From Thainema sp. (GTDB taxonomy: Bacteria > Cyanobacteriota > Cyanobacteriia > Phormidesmidales > Phormidesmidaceae): a stretch of DNA of 64,000 nucleotides. Positions within the stretch are counted from its first letter, which is position 1. Every line of letters starts with the position of its first letter. Location: contig JBQLZK010000005.1 in NCBI GenBank assembly GCA_052168235.1, positions 107,018 through 171,017 of the forward strand, given 5' to 3'. The notes beneath the pieces were generated by a model, which was not told the DNA's origin, did no database searches, and saw only the letters and a list, made by a program, of their open reading frames with translations. The position numbers and the translations under genes were made by a program. Shown here one piece after another: positions 21,173 through 30,318 of the stretch.

Positions 21173-22909
21173 CTAGAAACCCAAGTCCGCTTTGGCTGAT
21201 TCCGCTGCTTTGAATACGGCAGCGGTCGGCATTTCTTCCCAAGCCGTATCGCCAATTTCGGCATAGAAGCTTTCGTCATAGGGACGAGTCCGCACCACTA
21301 CAGGCATCGGGACCGCGTGACCCAGAATCAGTGCTTGCTGTTTGGAATCTAACTTGGCCAGCACCGATCGTAAACTTTGGCTGCCTGCAACTCCGGTAAA
21401 AATTGCGTCAATATCTTTCTCGTCATTCAGCAATGCCGTAATTCGCGTGCCGACTTGGGACATCACTTCATTATCAATTCCAGAGGGTCGCTGATCGACA
21501 ACGAGCAAGGTGACAAAGTACTTGCGCATTTCTCGCGCAATCGTGCCGAAAATCGTTTGCCGAGCGGTCGCCGGATCGAGAAAGCGGTGGGCTTCTTCAA
21601 TCGTGATCATGAGCTGACGGGGGCGATCGCAAATATTTTTGGTTTGCAAAAACTTCTCAGCTTTACGCACATAGCTGGCGTGAATTCGCCGCGCAATCAC
21701 ATTGGTTGCTAGCATGTAAGACAGCATGTTGGACTGAGAGCCAAATTCCACTACGACATGCTTCCCTGCATCGATCGCTTCGAGAATCTGGCCGATGTAA
21801 TTATGAGGACAGGTGTTGCGGGTGTACTTCAAATCATCAAGTCGCGTCAGCTTGCGTTGAAGCGCCATAATCGATGACTTGCTGCCCATCTTCGTTTCAC
21901 AAAACTCCTGAATTTCCTCATTGTTGAGGGTCAGTAGCCGCGAAATCCAAGATTTGCCAAATTCGTTACGCAGGATAATGGCATTTTCTAAGCTGGCCTC
22001 AGAAAGATTCAGTTCTCCCCGCACCAGCATCAGATCCTCCACGTCAATTTGGTCATAGCTGATGTAAAGCTCTTGGGCATCCCGGACGCCCCGCCGCTTC
22101 GTCGATTCCGGGTCGAGCGTAAAAATCTGCACCTGTCCCGGAAAGAGCTGCCGCAGTCCTTTGACCGTGCTGAACTGCTTGCCCTCACTGGCCGCTTCCC
22201 AGCCATATTCCGAGTGCATATCAAAAATCAGATTTACCGCCGCCTGTTTGCGAATCACGCCGGATAGCAACAGACGCGTCAGAAAAGATTTTCCCGTACC
22301 CGACTTACCGAAAATGCCGTTGCTGCGCTCTACAAACCGATCGAGGTCAATACAAATCGGCACGTCCATATCAATCGGTTTGCCAATGGAAAAATTGCGC
22401 CGATGGGGGTCGTCTTCCCAGCCGAATACGACGCGGAAATCTCGCTCAGAGGCATCATAGACCTGGCTAAAGTGACTTGGAATCGTCTTGACAGGCAGCA
22501 GCTCGACAGGTTCACTACTCTGAGCTTGATATGATCCAGCCTGAGCCTTCGTTGAATGGGATTTGGATTGATTACTAGAAGAATCGCGCGACTTGTCCTG
22601 GTGGTGCTGGGTCTGAGGCGTAAACATCAGCATGGGCGACAGCGCAATCGTGCCGTAGGTGCCGGAACCGGCTAAGACTTCCTGCAAAAACAGATTATCA
22701 GGATCGGGCGGATTGGCGATAATTCGCTGGCTTGAAGTGCCGAGCGTGACGTCGGTAAGCATGCAGAAAAAGCGCGATCGCATCCCCTGCACGACCAGAA
22801 ACTTGCCTACCCGCATTTCTTCCACCGAGACATCAGCGTGTAGACGTACCTCTAGACCTTGGCTGAGAGAACCTTGAATGACAGAACCCAGCGGCTTTTC
22901 TAAATCCAT
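21173..22909 (-). CDS. HerA/DUF87 family ATPase
   Basis: HAS-barrel-like N-terminus, GKSGTGKS, FDMHSEY, IEEAHRF, AREMRK, DQRPS. Confidence 0.88.
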   Translation of the reverse strand: MDLEKPLGSVIQGSLSQGLEVRLHADVSVEEMRVGKFLVVQGMRSRFFCMLTDVTLGTSSQRIIANPPDPDNLFLQEVLAGSGTYGTIALSPMLMFTPQTQHHQDKSRDSSSNQSKSHSTKAQAGSYQAQSSEPVELLPVKTIPSHFSQVYDASERDFRVVFGWEDDPHRRNFSIGKPIDMDVPICIDLDRFVERSNGIFGKSGTGKSFLTRLLLSGVIRKQAAVNLIFDMHSEYGWEAASEGKQFSTVKGLRQLFPGQVQIFTLDPESTKRRGVRDAQELYISYDQIDVEDLMLVRGELNLSEASLENAIILRNEFGKSWISRLLTLNNEEIQEFCETKMGSKSSIMALQRKLTRLDDLKYTRNTCPHNYIGQILEAIDAGKHVVVEFGSQSNMLSYMLATNVIARRIHASYVRKAEKFLQTKNICDRPRQLMITIEEAHRFLDPATARQTIFGTIAREMRKYFVTLLVVDQRPSGIDNEVMSQVGTRITALLNDEKDIDAIFTGVAGSQSLRSVLAKLDSKQQALILGHAVPMPVVVRTRPYDESFYAEIGDTAWEEMPTAAVFKAAESAKADLGF

Positions 22910-23049
22910 CGAAAACGCCCAATTAGCTCAATACATTTGATCGCTTTGGCCTATCGTAACTCAGTTATTGTCTGTAATACGAGCGTTCTATTTGCATTTT
23001 GTAAGATATTTCCCCCTCAGCAGGCAGGTTCCGTCGCGATTTGGATTTA

Positions 23050-23143
23050 ATAGTCTGTAAGTTAAGTTTTGATGGTTGATGTGCCGCGCGGAGCGCGGCA
23101 CATCAACCATCAAAACTCATTAAAACTAAAGTTGACAGACCAT
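23050..23143. repeat. MITE-like palindromic element
   Basis: 25-bp perfect arms 23065-23117; imperfect TIR ATAGTCTGTAA / TGACAGACCAT. Confidence 0.7.
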
Positions 23144-23275
23144 TTAACGAGTTCACGGAACTTTTACCAGTGCTGTTCATAATGGAAGCTAGGAAAATGC
23201 GATCGCAGATTTGTAGTCAACGTCAGACAGGGGCGCACCGTTGCTACCTGTAACTACTAACTATTAGGAGGCTCA

Positions 23276-23824
23276 ATGTTAATCACACAGCCATTTTTGG
23301 AAACTGAGCGCCTAATCATTCGCAGATGGCAGCCTGAGCAAGATGCTCATCAAGCATTTGCCATTTATAACGATGCAGAAGTGACACAGTGGCTCAGCAA
23401 TCGCAGCGTAGCTGAAACAGTTGCCGATGTGAAAGAGCGGTTGCAGCGGTATGTGGAGCGCTTTTATGAACGCGATCGCAATTTCGGCTGTTGGGCAGTG
23501 GTTGAAAAAACATCTCAAGACATCATTGGCAACCTACTCTTAATCCCATTGCCGGATGCGGAACACGAACCAACAGATGATTACGAAATCGGCTGGCACT
23601 TTCGCCGCCAAAGTTGGGGATATGGCTTTGCCACCGAATCGGCTCGCCGCCTGATGGATTACGGATTTCAGCAGTTACATTTACCCATGTTGTATGCCGT
23701 CACCAAGCCCAATAATCTCCGCTCAATCGGCGTTATGGAACGACTCGGCATGCAGCGAATGGGCCTAACACGACAGTACTACGGCGGTCACGAGCTGCTG
23801 CTGTATTGCACTGATATGAAATAG
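23276..23824 (+). CDS. GNAT acetyltransferase (RimJ/RimL-like)
   Basis: LETERL, EIGW, WGYGFATE, NLRSIGVMERLGM. Confidence 0.9.
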   Translation: MLITQPFLETERLIIRRWQPEQDAHQAFAIYNDAEVTQWLSNRSVAETVADVKERLQRYVERFYERDRNFGCWAVVEKTSQDIIGNLLLIPLPDAEHEPTDDYEIGWHFRRQSWGYGFATESARRLMDYGFQQLHLPMLYAVTKPNNLRSIGVMERLGMQRMGLTRQYYGGHELLLYCTDMK

Positions 23825-23827
23825 AAA

Positions 23828-23857
23828 GAGAAGGGCAGTGACTGCCCTTCTCCTTTT
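23828..23857 (+). terminator. Intrinsic terminator
   Basis: GAGAAGGGCAGT-g-ACTGCCCTTCTC followed by a T-run. Confidence 0.65.
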
Positions 23858-23916
23858 AGAGGCCGTATCTTGAGTGTTGTTTGATATCGGGTGTTTTTTA
23901 TGTCATTCAGTGAAAT

Positions 23917-24114
23917 CTAGCGCAGTGCAGTTGCATTGAAATCATTCCGAATTAAACGTTCTAAGCTTGCAACCTGTAGACCACGACTCCGGCGGTGACT
24001 GAGATCGCTGGGTAAATCCGGCATTTCCTGCCAGCAGTGGGAGCAAAACCAGTAAACATCAGCGCCACGTGCATGACGGAGGAGAGAGTTAGAGCAGCAT
24101 GGACATGTTGTCAT
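23917..24114 (-). CDS. Small zinc-ribbon protein
   Basis: CPCC...LLRH...YWFCSHCWQEMP. Confidence 0.7.
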   Translation of the reverse strand: MTTCPCCSNSLLRHARGADVYWFCSHCWQEMPDLPSDLSHRRSRGLQVASLERLIRNDFNATALR

Positions 24115-24590
24115 CTTTTATTATTTCAACCTGATACTGTTGCTTAGGTGAGTTTGGAGGTAGAGAAGTCTATCGTTCAATTGATTGTTCAGTTGACTGC
24201 TTATAGAGATTTAGAGAGAACAAATCAGACTTGAATTTCTAAAGCTTTCTTCGAAGACATTCGCGTTCTTTATATAAGGTCTCAAACTTACCCTTAAACT
24301 ACAACCTGATAAATACCCGGATCAATAGGGAACTCCCCCCTTACTAAATGTAAAGCGCCTCTGTGATCATGCGGATAAACCCATTAAAAAATGTATATTG
24401 TAGCCATAAACACAATTTATTTTTAATAGTAGATTATAAGTTTTTATTCTATTCAGCCAGAAACAATAAGTACTTGTAACCCTTTAACAAAAAGAGTTTC
24501 AGCACAATCAGCGTCTCACGAATTTGTGACATTTGTTCAATCGGCTAGCTCGCATCAAGAAAATGAACCACAATTGCAATAAATATTTTT

Positions 24591-24604
24591 GTATCGCAGT
24601 TTAC
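24591..24604. promoter_or_regulatory. Candidate NtcA-type site
   Basis: GTA-TCGCAGTT-TAC (GTA-N8-TAC) in an AT-rich divergent intergenic region. Confidence 0.35.
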
Positions 24605-25047
24605 GTCTTTTGACAGATGTTTTTCTTATCTAGAAAAAGCTTTTACTAACTTTTTAGTAACTGTTGATTAGAGCTGTATTGATGGAGTTTACTTACTTAT
24701 TTATTTACTTTTATGACTTTATTCGATTTAGCTTACTCATCTAGCCCAACTGCCCATCTAAGTAACCTTTGTAACCCAGCAAAAATCCTCTCTAGGAAGA
24801 TGGGCGAATCTTTTCATCGCTCATCGCGAAACCTGAGTCTACGTTGGAGTTGACCTTCGATTCATACTCCACACGGCTGATGGGCTTTATTGCAGCAAAC
24901 GAGATAGCTGATGTCTCAACTAACCCTTTAAGTGCAATATAAGTCCAGTGGGTAATACCGAATTTTGACCGTAATCATGTCTATCTGTGTTGTATCTAGA
25001 ATTTAGTTAGATGCACAGCCCATATTCAACGAGGGTAGAAACCATAT

Positions 25048-25296
25048 ATGGCACAGCTTAAACGGTGGGAATCGCCCCGCCGCAAAGGACGGAACCGCAA
25101 AGGTCGAGGCGGTTCAGCGCGGCAGCGACAGTTAATCAAGCGACAAAAGCAGTTGCAGAAGAAGCTGAAGCAGCAAACTGACCGAGATTCATCAAACCAA
25201 GGCTCAACCCAAAATCCAAGCTCAAAGCGAAAGGCGAGAACCGAGTTCTCGCCTTTCGCTTTGAGCTTGGATTTTGAATCTGTAACTAGACTTTAG
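25048..25296 (+). CDS. Small highly basic protein, candidate alternative ribosome-rescue factor
   Basis: GAGG RBS; R/K-rich N-terminal half; last codons cross a 32-bp hairpin; function is inference. Confidence 0.65.
   Translation: MAQLKRWESPRRKGRNRKGRGGSARQRQLIKRQKQLQKKLKQQTDRDSSNQGSTQNPSSKRKARTEFSPFALSLDFESVTRL
25210..25276. terminator. 32-bp perfect hairpin inside the ORF 3' end and downstream of cysC
   Basis: CAAAATCCAAGCTCAAAGCGAAAGGCGAGAAC-cga-exact reverse complement. Confidence 0.75.
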
Positions 25297-25837
25297 ACAT
25301 CGCTGGAAGATAGCCCATCTCTTCTAGTTTGGATAGTACCTTGCCCACACTTTCTTCCAGGGTTTCTTCATGAGTTCTGCAGTTGACCTCTGGGTTGGTG
25401 GGTGGCTCGTAGGGATCATCGATACCTGTGAACTGCTTGATTTCTCCAGCCCGTGCCCGCTTATAGAGTCCTTTGACATCTCGCTCTTCACAAACTTCTA
25501 GAGGAGCACTAACGTAGACTTCCATGAAATCGCCAACTCGCGCTCGGACTTCTTCACGGATTGCACGGTAGGGCGAAATCGCAGACACTAATACGATGAC
25601 ACCGTTGCGGGTGAGTAGATGCGAAACAAAGCCAATGCGGCGAATGTTTTCATCCCGGTCTTCTTTGCTGAACCCCAAACCTTTGGTGAGGTTGGTGCGG
25701 ACGATGTCGCCGTCTAAAACCTCTAGTTTGCAATTGCGCGATCGCAACTCTTCAGCCAGTGCCTCGGTAATTGTGCTTTTGCCTGCGCCGCTAAGACCTG
25801 TGAACCAAATCGTTACGCCACGGTGTTCTTGACTCAT
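25286..25837 (-). CDS. cysC: Adenylyl-sulfate kinase
   Basis: [40 protein letters not shown]. Confidence 0.96.
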   Translation of the reverse strand: MSQEHRGVTIWFTGLSGAGKSTITEALAEELRSRNCKLEVLDGDIVRTNLTKGLGFSKEDRDENIRRIGFVSHLLTRNGVIVLVSAISPYRAIREEVRARVGDFMEVYVSAPLEVCEERDVKGLYKRARAGEIKQFTGIDDPYEPPTNPEVNCRTHEETLEESVGKVLSKLEEMGYLPAMSKV

Positions 25838-26082
25838 AAATCGCGTCCTCTTGTGTAATGACGGGCCGAGAGCGTTCAAATCACTCCTGAGCCACTTTAC
25901 TTCCTTTTGTAAACCTACGTTAATGTTGCCCCACTGAAAAGATAAACATCAACAGAGGTTGGGCTGTGCTTCACTTAATCTTTGACTTTGAGCTGCTTTA
26001 AGCTAGCTAAATTTACGTTGCCCTAAATTTGGGCAAATTTAACATGAGTCGCCTAATTGGCGTCATCTCATTGCACCAAATC

Positions 26083-26260
26083 CGAAAAGATGATGTGCCG
26101 CCACTATGTGCTCACAACATCACCTCTTCGAGTTCTTCGTTTACGTGATGCAAGATACTCGTGATGTCACGACCACGCCACAACTTGCACCTGCTTCAAG
26201 GATCTGCGGATAACTCTACATCTAGCGTGATCATCCTCACACCCGAATCCTGAAGTGAAC
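26083..26260 (-). ncRNA. Candidate small RNA
   Basis: TACTCT -10-like box, internal stems with G-U pairs on this strand, terminal hairpin + U-run; no family recognised. Confidence 0.3.
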
Positions 26261-26427
26261 TGTTAGAGTAAAAGAGAACATCAGTGAGATCTGGTGCTAC
26301 AAGTCTAAGAGCATAAATGCCGCTAAAGCGTAGATTTCGATGGCAAAACTCATGCTCCTAGTACAAAAAATTGCTATTAGCAATCTGCATAATTTATTGT
26401 CACTAACAGACTAAGATAGGATTGTCT

Positions 26428-26790
26428 CTTGCTTGAACCTATTTCAAGCTCACTTTGAGAAAGGTTGAAAGACATTGGAATTTCCTGCACTTGTTGGATA
26501 CCCCTGGCGACCCTTGTGGTATCTGGATGTCAAATTGAAGCGCAAGCGGGAAAGCAATCCGGGTCTATCCTGGCTTGACCGATGCGAAGCTCCCAGTATG
26601 AGCTGATCAGTCCACGACGAATCATCCAGACTCGTTCAGTGGCGCTACACCTAGTAATCCCGTAGCGTCGAGTCAACTTTATTCACCACACGGATGACTT
26701 CAGGATTGATCAGTTTGCTCAGTTTTTAGTCTGACCTGAATCGGTAGGTAGTGCTTTTGGGTACTGCTGGGTAATTGACTGAAAAACTCT
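26428..26790 (+). ncRNA. Candidate multi-stem structured RNA or long leader
   Basis: At least seven nested stems; G-U pairs favour the + strand; TAGGAT -10-like box upstream; no family recognised. Confidence 0.4.
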
Positions 26791-27137
26791 GCTTATTTTC
26801 TAAACCTAGATTGGCGCAGTTTGATTTGAAGGCTCCAGTTGCTCCCAAGCGCGTGAAGCACTCCTGAGAAGGACGTTTCATGAATGCTGAGCTGAGTTTT
26901 TATGAGTGAGTTTTCATTGACAGATTGGGTTGTTCCTGCGATTGGCACAAGCTCCACATGCTGGAGGTAGGCCAATTGGATGCTGTCTAGGTATGGGATG
27001 GGCTAATAGGGATGTTTGTGAATGTGCGATCGCACATTCGATCTAGCCCTGCGTTTTGAGTCATGACACCACCGCTTCTGCGTCATGCTGTTGCCGCCTG
27101 CACGCTATTTGTCATTCAGTTTGAAAGGATCGACCCG

Positions 27138-28358
27138 ATGAAGAATTTATTCAGCAAAAAGATTGCACCCAACCCCATGCCCTCTGAGATCAGTGTGGTG
27201 GACTTGGTGAATCAGTATTTCACGGCATACAACTCGGCTCGGCTGCGGGAAGTGTGCCAACTGCTTAGCCAAGAGGTGTTCCAAGCGGGCGTGACCGTTG
27301 GCATGAGCCTCTCTGGCGCGATGACGCCCGCTGGTTTTGGCACATCTGCGATCGCGCCGCTGATGCGGCAGGGCTTTGTTGACTACATCATTAGCACCGG
27401 GGCCAATCTGTACCACGACATTCACTATGCGCTGGGACTAGACCTGTATGCCAGCCATCCCCTAGTAGACGACACGAAACTGCGAAAAGAAGGACGTGTG
27501 CGGATCTACGACATCGTCTTCGGCTATGACGTTCTGCTGGAGACCGATGCCTTTTTGCGTAAGATTCTCTGGGCCGAGCCGTTCCAGCGGCGCATGAGCA
27601 CGGCGGAGTTTCATCACCTGCTGGGTAAGTGCATTTGGGACGTGGAGCAGCAGCTAGGGATTCAGCATTCCAGCTTATTAGCAACGGCTTACGAGTGCGG
27701 CGTCCCCGTTTATACCTCATCCCCTGGCGATAGCTCCATCGGCATGAACGTAGCTGCGATCGCACTGGATGGTTCTAAGCTGGTGATTGATCCGTCGCTG
27801 GACGTGAACGAAACCGCTGCCATCGTATACGGCGCACGGGAGTCCGGCATTGAGGGTGTTACAGGTAAGAGCGCGGCTCTGATCCTCGGTGGCGGTAGTC
27901 CCAAGAACTTCCTGCTGCAAACGCAGCCCCAAATTCATGAGGTGCTGGGTTTGGAAGAGCGCGGCCACGATTACTTTGTGCAAATTACCGATGCTCGGCC
28001 CGATACGGGCGGTTTGTCCGGTGCAACCCCGAGCGAAGCCGTCAGCTGGGGCAAGGTTGATCCGAACGAATTGCCCAGCACCATCGTTTGCTACACCGAC
28101 AGCACGATTGCGCTGCCGCTGTTAACGGCCTACACCATGAATCAAACTTCTGCCCGTCCGCTGAAGCGTCTGTACGATCGCCGAGGCGAGCTGGTGCAGC
28201 GGCTGATGCAGGATTACCAACAGCAGAAGCAACTGTCAGAATTAGCCGATTCATCTACTGAGCCAGCTAAAGATTTAGTCGGTTCCGCCTCTGGATCAGC
28301 TAAGGGAGACGTACCTCGCTATCCCTGTGGGACACCGATCTCTCCCCGCGATCGCTAA
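27138..28358 (+). CDS. speY: Deoxyhypusine-synthase-like homospermidine biosynthesis protein
   Basis: SGAMTPAG, STGANLYHD, GGGSPKNF, GGLSGATPSEAVSWGK. Confidence 0.85.
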   Translation: MKNLFSKKIAPNPMPSEISVVDLVNQYFTAYNSARLREVCQLLSQEVFQAGVTVGMSLSGAMTPAGFGTSAIAPLMRQGFVDYIISTGANLYHDIHYALGLDLYASHPLVDDTKLRKEGRVRIYDIVFGYDVLLETDAFLRKILWAEPFQRRMSTAEFHHLLGKCIWDVEQQLGIQHSSLLATAYECGVPVYTSSPGDSSIGMNVAAIALDGSKLVIDPSLDVNETAAIVYGARESGIEGVTGKSAALILGGGSPKNFLLQTQPQIHEVLGLEERGHDYFVQITDARPDTGGLSGATPSEAVSWGKVDPNELPSTIVCYTDSTIALPLLTAYTMNQTSARPLKRLYDRRGELVQRLMQDYQQQKQLSELADSSTEPAKDLVGSASGSAKGDVPRYPCGTPISPRDR

Positions 28359-28369
28359 TTCAAGGCTCT

Positions 28370-28436
28370 GTATGGGCGGGTTTTGTTCATCATTTTGGGC
28401 TTCGACCAACCATTTGACGGCTAAACCTGCCCCTAC
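28370..28436. repeat. Degenerate GTAG-type REP pair
   Basis: GTATGGGCGGGTTT...AAACCTGCCCCTAC. Confidence 0.55.
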
Positions 28437-28534
28437 GCAACGTTTTAGTACGCCATTCATATTGAAATCCAGAAGGGGGGTTATGATGCCACATCGCGAC
28501 ACAATCCCCCTTCTGAGTTTTGGTGCTACCCGAA

Positions 28535-29842
28535 TCAATTGAACATTCGGCTCAGCAGTACAGGGCAGTTGGCGTGGTGAATTACATAGTCAGCCGTTGC
28601 CGTCAATCGCAGCAGCCGTCGTCGTCCAATTGGTGTAGACGGAGAGGATTTGCTACGTTTGGGGTTGGCATCGCTGCCGATGATGATCAGATTAGCCTGA
28701 CGCTGTTCCGCCACCTGGCAAATGAGCGAACCGGGTTCTCCCGTTTGTACCAGCATTTCCAGTTCCACATCCAGATCCGATAGTGCTAATTCGGCCTGCT
28801 GCAAAATGGCTTCGCTTTGTTCACGCTGAGCGGCTTGTAGGGATTGAGTTAATTGCCAGCTTGGATTCGGGGTGGCAAAGGGGCCGAAGAGATAGTGAGA
28901 TGTCAGCGGCGGTTGAACACACAGTACCGTCAGTTGCTGAATGCCAATGGGGACAAGCTGACGGGTCAGCGCGATCGCACTTTGGGTAGATAGTTCTCCT
29001 GTAACCACTAGTAAGACATGCTGCCAGTTGGGTTGAGCGGGATGCTCCGGCTCCGCGCTGCGAGCAATCAGCACATGACTGCCTGCATAGCGAGCAATCT
29101 CTGCCGAAACGCTACCGACTAGCATTTCCCGCGCGCCGCCTGTGCCGTGACAACCCAGCGCAATCAGGCCCGCTTGAGACTGACTGGCCTGTTTTAGAAT
29201 CTCAGTGGCAGGTCGTCCTTGAGCAGCCACTAGGCTAGTGGAAACCTTATGGTTACTGCGCTCTAGTTCAGCCTGTAGAACCGCCAAAGCAGGCGGTAAG
29301 TCGGCAATCGCTGGCAGAGCACCCGTGGGAGGAGTATCAGTGGCATCCACTCCAGAGGATGCTTCAGTTGGCGGTGCAGGCTCAGCAGATTCAGGAGCAG
29401 ATGCGGAAGATATCGTCTCGTCAGATGAGGCTTGAGCGGGAGTACTGCTGGATGCTGCCGAGAAAGTTGTGGTCGGTTCCGGTTCAAGTGAGGCGGCGGC
29501 GGTTTGACTCGCGGGCGGTTCTTCTAAGTTATCAGGTGTCGCTGACAATGACGTAGCTGGCGAGGTCATGGCAGACGGCTCAGGCGCTAGATCCTCTGAA
29601 CTGCCCAGACTCCGCCCAGGGCGACGAAAGCGACTGGGTTTCGGCTGCACATGGACGGCAATGAAAGCGGGTTTGGCCTCTGGTTCGTTATCTAGTTCGG
29701 CATCTGGAGTTTGGGTGGGCGATCGCAAGGCTAAATGCTGCACAATCGGCATAACCAGTTGTTGCGCTAATACGGCTGTGGGCGAACCGTCTGTCGCTAG
29801 CAGGATTGGCAAATGCAAAATAGGTGAAAAGGGTTGATTCAT
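28535..29842 (-). CDS. Universal stress protein with two USP domains
   Basis: ILLATDGS; GCHG...GSVS; second domain ADYVIHHANCPVL. Confidence 0.88.
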   Translation of the reverse strand: MNQPFSPILHLPILLATDGSPTAVLAQQLVMPIVQHLALRSPTQTPDAELDNEPEAKPAFIAVHVQPKPSRFRRPGRSLGSSEDLAPEPSAMTSPATSLSATPDNLEEPPASQTAAASLEPEPTTTFSAASSSTPAQASSDETISSASAPESAEPAPPTEASSGVDATDTPPTGALPAIADLPPALAVLQAELERSNHKVSTSLVAAQGRPATEILKQASQSQAGLIALGCHGTGGAREMLVGSVSAEIARYAGSHVLIARSAEPEHPAQPNWQHVLLVVTGELSTQSAIALTRQLVPIGIQQLTVLCVQPPLTSHYLFGPFATPNPSWQLTQSLQAAQREQSEAILQQAELALSDLDVELEMLVQTGEPGSLICQVAEQRQANLIIIGSDANPKRSKSSPSTPIGRRRLLRLTATADYVIHHANCPVLLSRMFN

Positions 29843-30318
29843 TGCGATCGCAGATAGCAGATGAGCAGATTAACGGGGCGTTTTGCCGAGTTCCAGTGTA
29901 CAGCGATTTTCAATTGCCTCAAATTCAGCCACTTGAGCAGACTAAACTTTCTAGAACGAGGAAAAACGTTATCCCAAATCCACCAGTGAGAGTTAAGTTG
30001 AATCTTTGTGAGTGTTTGTGAATCGCGATCGGCATTTGCGCTTCACAAACATGACTACATCAAAATATTTTTGATCGGTGGATTGACAGCGCTATGCACA
30101 TTGGTTCAGTACGGTGATGTGGGGCGTGTATGCCCCACATCACCGTTTTTGTACTTAATGCGGTTGCAAACCGCTATATATTTGAATCTATTTCGGCCAT
30201 ATTTGAGCCATATTTCGGTTTGGCGACAGATTTTGCCCCTCTCGTTCCACGTTAAGATGGCAAACTGCGCTTGGGCTACGTTGACCTCATCGCATCTCGG
30301 TGTACAAGGAGCAAATAC

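Noticed and set aside
21173..22909. HerA-based anti-phage system
   Set aside because: No adjacent nuclease or SIR2 partner, and a housekeeping neighbourhood with host-like HIP1 content.
26112..26234. Minus-strand micro-ORF with in-frame TGA (MITLDVELSADP*SRCKLW...) as a selenoprotein or read-through
   Set aside because: No redox-motif context or recognisable family; likely chance.
26527..26650. Group I intron (TCAAATTG..GCGGGAAAG, GTTCAG and CAGTCC resemble P, R and S elements)
   Set aside because: The S-like element precedes the R-like one, matches are partial, and no interrupted host gene is present.
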